Source of the DNA: Candidatus Woesearchaeota archaeon
Lineage (GTDB): Archaea; Nanobdellota; Nanobdellia; Woesearchaeales; JABGUJ01
Reading direction: 5' to 3'
DNA: 64,000 nt
Assembly (NCBI GenBank): GCA_018646625.1
Contig: JABGUJ010000001.1
Coordinates: forward strand, 255,534-319,533
Each line of letters starts with the position of its first letter. Within the stretch, counting starts at the first letter, position 1. Of the stretch, positions 57,563 to 64,000 are shown one piece after another. Under the pieces are notes generated by a model. The model did not search any database, was not told where the DNA came from, and saw nothing but the letters and a program-made list of their open reading frames with translations. The position numbers and the translations under genes are program-made.

Positions 57563-60500
57563 ATGAGTAGCAAAAAATATACAATATCTTTGACTCTAGT
57601 TATAATCTGCCTTGTGGCTATTAGCGCCATATCAGCATTCGCTTTTGAAGAAAATCTTCTAGTTACAACCACCTCTGATAAAATCAGCGGTTGTTCCTGC
57701 GGTTTAACTACTAATGTAGTTACAATTCTAAATACGGGTTCCATAACTAGTAGTTACCTTGTTACGCTATCCGGATCTGGAAAAAAGTTTGCTACACTAA
57801 GTGAAGACGTCTTTATCCTAAAACCAGGAGAAAGAAAAGACGTTTTAGAATACATAAAAATTGGATGCGACACTGTTGGAGAGTTTGATTTAACAACCAC
57901 TGTTGAAACTGTTCTAGGTAACGAACATGAAACATCACAATCACTATCAATCAACAATTGTCCTAACGTACAAATTCTTGCAAAAGATTCTGAGCAACAA
58001 ACATGCCCGGGTTCAACACCAAGATTTGAATTTGAAATACAAAACACAGGAAGCTTTGATGAAGAATACGAAATCAAAATGTCTCCGTTCTCTGAGTACA
58101 TCACATTAAGTGAGAACTTAGTACCTGTAAAAGCAGGACAAAGCAAATCTATCTATGCATTCATTAACATGGATAACAGCTTTTCAGGAGAAATAGAATT
58201 CCTATTTAGCGCATATGCAAAAAACAGTGAGATCATGGGAGAAGTGCCTGTTAAACTTAAGGTAAACCCTTGCTTTGACTACGCTGTCGGGTTTGACAAT
58301 AAATACACAGTATGTAGAAATATTGGCTACGAATTTCCACTTAAAATAAAAAACGATGCAGATGTTGCAAACGTATATTCTACAAAAGTTGAAAGTAAAG
58401 AAGATTGGATCACACCTAAAGATGGGAGCTTCTTAGTATATAGTGAAGATGTTACTGAAACTCAAGTTCTAATAAATCCAAAAAACACAGAACCTGGCCA
58501 ATACGAATTCACATTAAAAGTATCAAGTGAACGTGGTCAAATTGAACATTATGCAGAATCTACTGTAAATGTACAAGACTGTTACAAAATACAAGTAAAG
58601 ACCAACTTACCAGAATTGGTTAGCGGAGAGCTAAACACTGGTTACATCACATTAACTAATGCAGGAACAAGAAACGACACATTCTACCTATATCAAGAAG
58701 GTGCTGAATGGATCGAGTTCGCTTCAGAAGAAATATACATCCCAGCAGGAGAAGCAAGAGATGTTGAAGTTAAACTAAACATTCCATTAGATGTTCCAAA
58801 GAAACTTGACGTAAGATTCTTAGCAATATCATACAACTATAACTTTTCAAATGATTACGAAGATTCAACATTAAAAATCATACCGCAAGAAGAAGCATAC
58901 GAACTAGACATCCTTGCAGAAGATGTCAGAGTTTCATATGAAGCAACCATCGTTCCAATCAGAATGAAGCACAGTGGTTTAATTGATGCAAGCTACACAT
59001 TCAGTGTTGACGGCCCAGCATGGGTAAGTATAAACGAAACAAACCTATTCTTAGAATCAGAGATTGATTCAGAATTAAACTTAATCTTAACTCCTACTAA
59101 TCTAACTGAACAAGGATCTTATCCTATCACTATATACGCAGCAGTTGACAGAGTCTCTGATTTAACATATGCAAGAAACCTAGATGTTGTTGTAAGTGAA
59201 AAAGGGCTATTCATGAGAGTTCTACCGTTCATACTAATCGGTTTAGGAATCCTGGTATTGCTTTTTGTTATTATCTCAATAGTAAAAAGAGCTAAGAATA
59301 GACCTAGAACGCTTAGCGCTCCAATTAGATCTAGAAGAAAACCATTGGATTTGATAGAAATATACAATCCTACAACTACGTCATACAAAAGAACTAGCGG
59401 TAAGAAGATATTCAAATGGATTATTGCAATTCTTCTATTACTAGTACTATTATTCGCAATTGGTTTTGGCGGATACAAAACATACAATCACTTTACTTCC
59501 AATTCAACTGATAATGAAACTATTCAACAATCTATGCCATTAACTACTGGCGCAGTTGTAGATACACAAGAAGAAGTAACCAGTGAAGATCCGATATTTT
59601 CTGTAGATACCACATATCTGGCATCCCTTGGTAGAACAATATACCTTGACAGAAATGTTGTTACAGACATTCCAATTACATTCAACAATCCATCTACAGA
59701 AACTACAAAGTACACATTAAAATTAATCACAGAGAATGCAACTAGCTGGACTAGCATAGACATCACATCAGCAGATGTACTAGCAAATTCATCACTAACT
59801 GCATACTTAACTACAACTCCGGATGATTTTGTAATCTCAGGACAATATCCTATAACTCTTGAAACAAACTACATTCTTAATGGAGAAAGTATTACTGAAG
59901 CAATTGACTTAAACTTAGATGTCGGACACTATACATTATTCTACATAATCAAAATCTTAATCTATGCATTGATTGGTTTGGTTGCCCTTGCAATCCTTAT
60001 ACTAATCATAACTCTTCTTAGACGGGGAAGATCTCCCAGAACTCCTAAGATTAGAACAGAGAAAGCACCAGGAGACAGTTTCTGGGTAAGATGGAAAGAA
60101 AACCGAAAAGCCGCAAAAGAGCGAAGAAGACTTAGAAGAATAAAATCAAAAGAATTCTACGCAGAACATAACATCAAGAGCACAAACATCGGTGAAATCG
60201 AGCCTATCTTTGTTAAAAGATATAGAAGACCAAAGAAAGGATTAAAATCATTCTTCAAATGGTTAGCAGCAATCGTAATCATACTATTAGTACTAGGCCT
60301 TGCATTTTATGCAGGAAACAGTATTTACAAAAACGCAACAAACAGTACAAACAGCACAGGAATCACTGGATGGAACATATTTTCCCCATCAGCAGACAAT
60401 GAAACAACTACTGAAGATCCAATCGTAGAAGACGTACCTGAAGAGCCAGTAAGCACTTTAGAACAACCACTATTCTACATAAACAGATCAGAACTAGATG

Positions 60501-61003
60501 GTTCAGGAAACATAATTGAAGTAGAAAAATTCAGTGTTGTAGACATTCCAGTTACTGTAACTAATCCTAATAACGAGTCAATCCAATACAAAATCAACGT
60601 AAACAAAGAGACTGGTTGGATTGAAGTTAGCGAGACAGAACTAGACATGAAAGCTCTAGAAAGTAAGCAAATTAACATCACAATTTATCCTGACGAAAAC
60701 ATAGAGATTGGAGATTATGCATTATCCATCGAGACTCAAGTTACAGGTGCTAATGAAGTCTTCAAAGAAAAATTAGAATTGAGAATCACAGAAGACGAAT
60801 TTAGATATCTGTGGCAAGTAATCGCAGGAGTATTACTCTTAATCATTCTGGCTCTTTTGATAGATTTCGTCAGATTTTTATTCAGAAGAAATTCAAGAAA
60901 AAAGTATTTTGAAGAAATAAAAGACGAAAAACCTAAGAAAGAAAAGAAACCTTCAAAAACAACAAAAACTAACCTTAAACTTACTTCAAGAAAAAAGAAA
61001 TAA
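57563..61003 (+). CDS. Multi-pass membrane protein with Ig-like (NEW3/COG1470-type) repeats
   Basis: Start moved to MSSKKY (57563); repeated I.N.G...D.Y...L.PGE motifs; five further TM helices separated by Lys/Arg-rich loops. Confidence 0.82.
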   Translation: MSSKKYTISLTLVIICLVAISAISAFAFEENLLVTTTSDKISGCSCGLTTNVVTILNTGSITSSYLVTLSGSGKKFATLSEDVFILKPGERKDVLEYIKIGCDTVGEFDLTTTVETVLGNEHETSQSLSINNCPNVQILAKDSEQQTCPGSTPRFEFEIQNTGSFDEEYEIKMSPFSEYITLSENLVPVKAGQSKSIYAFINMDNSFSGEIEFLFSAYAKNSEIMGEVPVKLKVNPCFDYAVGFDNKYTVCRNIGYEFPLKIKNDADVANVYSTKVESKEDWITPKDGSFLVYSEDVTETQVLINPKNTEPGQYEFTLKVSSERGQIEHYAESTVNVQDCYKIQVKTNLPELVSGELNTGYITLTNAGTRNDTFYLYQEGAEWIEFASEEIYIPAGEARDVEVKLNIPLDVPKKLDVRFLAISYNYNFSNDYEDSTLKIIPQEEAYELDILAEDVRVSYEATIVPIRMKHSGLIDASYTFSVDGPAWVSINETNLFLESEIDSELNLILTPTNLTEQGSYPITIYAAVDRVSDLTYARNLDVVVSEKGLFMRVLPFILIGLGILVLLFVIISIVKRAKNRPRTLSAPIRSRRKPLDLIEIYNPTTTSYKRTSGKKIFKWIIAILLLLVLLFAIGFGGYKTYNHFTSNSTDNETIQQSMPLTTGAVVDTQEEVTSEDPIFSVDTTYLASLGRTIYLDRNVVTDIPITFNNPSTETTKYTLKLITENATSWTSIDITSADVLANSSLTAYLTTTPDDFVISGQYPITLETNYILNGESITEAIDLNLDVGHYTLFYIIKILIYALIGLVALAILILIITLLRRGRSPRTPKIRTEKAPGDSFWVRWKENRKAAKERRRLRRIKSKEFYAEHNIKSTNIGEIEPIFVKRYRRPKKGLKSFFKWLAAIVIILLVLGLAFYAGNSIYKNATNSTNSTGITGWNIFSPSADNETTTEDPIVEDVPEEPVSTLEQPLFYINRSELDGSGNIIEVEKFSVVDIPVTVTNPNNESIQYKINVNKETGWIEVSETELDMKALESKQINITIYPDENIEIGDYALSIETQVTGANEVFKEKLELRITEDEFRYLWQVIAGVLLLIILALLIDFVRFLFRRNSRKKYFEEIKDEKPKKEKKPSKTTKTNLKLTSRKKK

Positions 61004-61035
61004 ATCTTCATCCGAGGTGATTGGTGGAGATTAAA

Positions 61036-61194
61036 ATGGACATATTAGCATACACAAATTACGTGGTTGCAGGAATAATCGTTTTGGCAGCATTCGTTGT
61101 TGGCGCAGAAGTATACTACAGAGTTACTAGAAGCAAAACACACGACAAGATTGATGTAATCAGAGAAAAGCTCGCAGTATTAAAGAGCGTTTAA
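61036..61194 (+). CDS. 52-aa single-TM small protein (not in ORF track)
   Basis: MDILAYTNYVVAGIIVLAAFVVGAEVYYRVTRSK...; SD-like GAGGTGA/GGTGGAG upstream; abuts the next gene. Confidence 0.65.
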   Translation: MDILAYTNYVVAGIIVLAAFVVGAEVYYRVTRSKTHDKIDVIREKLAVLKSV

Positions 61195-61596
61195 GTGATA
61201 ACTGTGGACAAAGTATTAATTCATGACACGGACAGATGCACATACGATCTTCTAGATATACTAAAAGCAAAATATACCCAAGAATACGAACTAGCATATG
61301 CGGCCAGGCCTGAAGAGGCTTCAGAGATAATGGAAGCAGGAGGGATTGCTGTTTTAGTTGCAGAGCCTATGCAAGGAACAGGACATAGCGAATGTAACCC
61401 CACATCAGATCTGATGGTTAAAGCAAAACAAGATGGCGTCACAGTAGTACTATATTCGGATATTCCACCCGAAATATTAGAAAGGAGTTTTGGACTCGCA
61501 CCCGATTGCTACGATCATTATCTATCTAAAAACGAACCAGGATTGGATCCACTTGCAAAATTAATAGACCAATGCTTAGCAGAAAGAAATCAATAA
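61195..61596 (+). CDS. Atypical stand-alone receiver (CheY-like) domain protein
   Basis: KVLIHDTD, EEASEIM, VLVAEPM, VVLYS, HYLSK follow receiver-domain order; Glu at the phospho-Asp position. Confidence 0.6.
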   Translation: MITVDKVLIHDTDRCTYDLLDILKAKYTQEYELAYAARPEEASEIMEAGGIAVLVAEPMQGTGHSECNPTSDLMVKAKQDGVTVVLYSDIPPEILERSFGLAPDCYDHYLSKNEPGLDPLAKLIDQCLAERNQ

Positions 61597-61994
61597 CTCT
61601 TAAACCAATCATCCAACTGTTTCTTCAAATCATCTAAATCAGAATAGTAAATAATGCTCTTCAAAACAGGACACCCTTTAATCAACCCCGACACTTTACT
61701 TCCTTCTTTAGCCACAACAACTAAAGGTCGCTTCAACACTGCAGCTTCACGAATTTCCATACCTTGCCCAGTTGAAGGAAAAGACATTTCTGCAATTACT
61801 AAATCAGAATCTAACACTGTTCGAAAAGCTCTATCATATCTTTCCCCGGTCGTGCCTTGGAAAGCAGCAGTCTCAATCGGAGTATGTACCTCAGAACCAT
61901 AGGAGGAACTAACAGAACTAATCGATTCATACAATTGCTTACCAGAATCATCCTTTGGCAAAGCACCAATAACTAATATATTCTTGAACTTCAT
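61590..61994 (-). CDS. Nucleoside 2-deoxyribosyltransferase / DNPH1-like protein
   Basis: SDLVIAEMSFPSTGQGMEI...RPLVV...VSGLIKG. Confidence 0.75.
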   Translation of the reverse strand: MKFKNILVIGALPKDDSGKQLYESISSVSSSYGSEVHTPIETAAFQGTTGERYDRAFRTVLDSDLVIAEMSFPSTGQGMEIREAAVLKRPLVVVAKEGSKVSGLIKGCPVLKSIIYYSDLDDLKKQLDDWFKSY

Positions 61995-63049
61995 TTTTCA
62001 ACAACCAACAAATGCTTCGGCATCTTAGTCAAAAGTTCTTTCCCTTTTGCCGTAACCAAAACATCATCCTCAATTCTAATACCATACTTCCCTTTCAAAT
62101 AAACACCAGGTTCAATTGTAATAACATTACCTGGAACTAGTTTATGTTTAGATTTTGGAGAAACAGAAGGACCTTCATGCACTCCAACACCAACACCATG
62201 ACCTAAACCATGACAAAAGTCAGAACCAAGTATCTTTCTAGCATGCAAATCAATATCCATACACCTAACACCTGGCTTAACCATATCGAGACACTCAAGC
62301 TGAACCTTTAACACCTTCTCATACAACAACAAATCTGCTTTCTTCGGCTTACCAATGAACACAGTCCTAGTCATATCAGAACAATAATTATGATACCTAA
62401 TTCCAAAATCTATAACACAAAATCCTTTTTTCAATTTACAATCAGAAACTTCAAAATGAGCTTCACTAGAATGCACTCCAGAAGCCACTATCGGTTTAAA
62501 CGAAAGCTGCAAACCTTGAGAATTGGCTAACGCAGTCATAAAAGCGGCAACATCTGATTCTCTCTCAAATTCATCAAAGTGAGAAAACGTTTCATAATAA
62601 ATTTCTTCAGTAATCTTACATGCTTTTTTCATTATAGCAATTTCTTCGGCACTCTTCACTTCACGAAGTGAGGACAAGTAATCGGAAATATCGACAAATG
62701 ACAACTTTGCCTTAATCTTTTTCTTAAGCAAAGAAGATCCCTTCAACGTAACAGAAGAATAATCCAACGCTACCCTCATACCTGAACGTAACTTACCAGA
62801 AACAAAAGCAAATATATCATCTCTAGCAACAACTTTGCTAAACGCCTTTTCAGCACTCTGCTGCTCCATCCTGGGCACCACCAAAATAGCAGCACCAGAT
62901 TTAGGAACTACTAAAACACCAACTCCATGAAATTTTGACAAGTAAATAAAATTCTCATTAATGTTCTGGGCATGGAAATTATAAAGAATACTATAATCAA
63001 TCTTCTTTTCACGCATATGCTTCTGTAATCTTTTTACTACATCTACCAT
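61991..63049 (-). CDS. pepQ: Xaa-Pro peptidase (M24B)
   Basis: IDFG..YCSDMTRT, HGLGHGVG..VHEGP, TIEPGVY, GIRIEDD. Confidence 0.92.
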   Translation of the reverse strand: MVDVVKRLQKHMREKKIDYSILYNFHAQNINENFIYLSKFHGVGVLVVPKSGAAILVVPRMEQQSAEKAFSKVVARDDIFAFVSGKLRSGMRVALDYSSVTLKGSSLLKKKIKAKLSFVDISDYLSSLREVKSAEEIAIMKKACKITEEIYYETFSHFDEFERESDVAAFMTALANSQGLQLSFKPIVASGVHSSEAHFEVSDCKLKKGFCVIDFGIRYHNYCSDMTRTVFIGKPKKADLLLYEKVLKVQLECLDMVKPGVRCMDIDLHARKILGSDFCHGLGHGVGVGVHEGPSVSPKSKHKLVPGNVITIEPGVYLKGKYGIRIEDDVLVTAKGKELLTKMPKHLLVVEK

Positions 63050-63093
63050 AACCCACCAAAAGCGTTAAATATTACTTAAACCTTTCTCAAAGC

Positions 63094-64000
63094 ATGAGGA
63101 AAAAGAGGTTGAAGAACGGATTAACCCTAATCCAAGTTCCACAGAATTCTAAATCTATAACTATAATGGTTTGTGTAAAGGTAGGGTCAAATAATGAAAC
63201 CACCAAACAAGCAGGTCTTAGTCATTTTCTTGAACACATGATATTTGAAGGAACAAAAAAGAGATCTGCAAGAGAGATTGCTGAAAGTATAGAGAAAGTA
63301 GGAGGAGAATTTAATGCAATGACCTCTAATGAAAGAACATGCTTCTATGTGAAGTTGCCCCATGAACATGCGGAACTTGGCGCAGAAATATTACATGACA
63401 TAATTACTAACTCAACATTCGAACTCAAAGCATTCGATAAAGAGAAAAAAGTTGTCTTAGAAGAGATAAACATGGTTAACGACCAACCACTACATTATCA
63501 ATGGATTCTATTTGAGAAAAGTTTGTTTACAAAAATACCTACAAAAGATCCAATCTATGGTAACAGCAAAGCAGTAAAAGCATCTACTAAACAGATGATG
63601 AAGTTGTATCACGATAAATACTACGTACCAAATAACATGATTGTTACAACTGTAGGCAATCACAAAAAACTCAAGACTATAGAAAAAAGATTCTCACAGT
63701 TAAAGAGAAAACCTGTAAAGGCGCTTAAGATCATAAAAGAACCAACACAAAAGAAAGAAAAGACAGTAACAGAGAATAGAAAAAACGTTCAAAGTTATGC
63801 AATCATCGGATACAAAACAGTGCCAAGAGCACACAAAGACAGTTATGCTTTAGACGTCATAAAAGCAATTTTATACAAAGGATTGTCTGGTAAGGTCACT
63901 GAAGAAATCAGGTTAAAAAGAGGATTAGCATACTCCGCAGGAGCACATCATGAATCCATGAAAGATTATGGTTTTTTCTCAATATTCTTCAACACAAACA
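63094..64000 (+). CDS. M16 (pitrilysin-family) zinc peptidase, 3'-truncated at window edge; not in ORF track
   Basis: Manual translation MRKKRLKNGL...VGSNNE...GLSHFLEHMIFEGT...GGEFNAMTS; HxxEH motif. Confidence 0.92.
   Translation, partial: MRKKRLKNGLTLIQVPQNSKSITIMVCVKVGSNNETTKQAGLSHFLEHMIFEGTKKRSAREIAESIEKVGGEFNAMTSNERTCFYVKLPHEHAELGAEILHDIITNSTFELKAFDKEKKVVLEEINMVNDQPLHYQWILFEKSLFTKIPTKDPIYGNSKAVKASTKQMMKLYHDKYYVPNNMIVTTVGNHKKLKTIEKRFSQLKRKPVKALKIIKEPTQKKEKTVTENRKNVQSYAIIGYKTVPRAHKDSYALDVIKAILYKGLSGKVTEEIRLKRGLAYSAGAHHESMKDYGFFSIFFNTN

Noticed and set aside
61991..64000. Xaa-Pro and M16 peptidases as maturation enzymes of the RiPP-like cluster
   Set aside because: 7.5 kb away beyond housekeeping genes and common as general peptidases; nothing in the sequence links them

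Overview
Archaeal genomic DNA: RNase P subunit Rpp30, TATA-box/leaderless promoters, GAGGTGA Shine-Dalgarno sites and archaeal class III signal peptides. The gene content suggests a DPANN/Woesearchaeota-like organism (inference). (1) Bases 1-46.8 kb are an almost uninterrupted minus-strand cell-surface locus. It holds about 17 proteins with type IV pilin-like leaders: two families of small disulfide-rich pilins (one with beta-defensin-like Cys spacing), two ~45-aa micro-pilins missing from the ORF track, and a 1761-aa giant. It also holds four very large Sec-exported acidic Cys-rich/Ig/Ca-binding proteins (1362, ~1890, ~4980 and 2110 aa). One plus-strand lipoprotein-like gene interrupts the array. 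No pilus ATPase or platform gene lies in the window. (2) Bases 47-54.5 kb are a variant His-Xaa-Ser RiPP-like cluster: a degenerate A24 prepilin-peptidase homologue, HxsD, HxsB radical SAM/SPASM, a 198-aa His/Cys/Trp-rich candidate precursor with its own promoter, a Cys-repeat exported protein and two B12-binding radical SAMs. (3) Bases 54.5-64 kb carry rnp3, iscU, iscS, an HTH regulator, a multi-pass Ig-repeat membrane protein, an atypical receiver domain, a nucleoside deoxyribosyltransferase-like protein, an Xaa-Pro peptidase and a partial M16 peptidase. I saw no rRNA, tRNA, CRISPR array or mobile element. All family calls come from motif recognition by eye; no searches were run.
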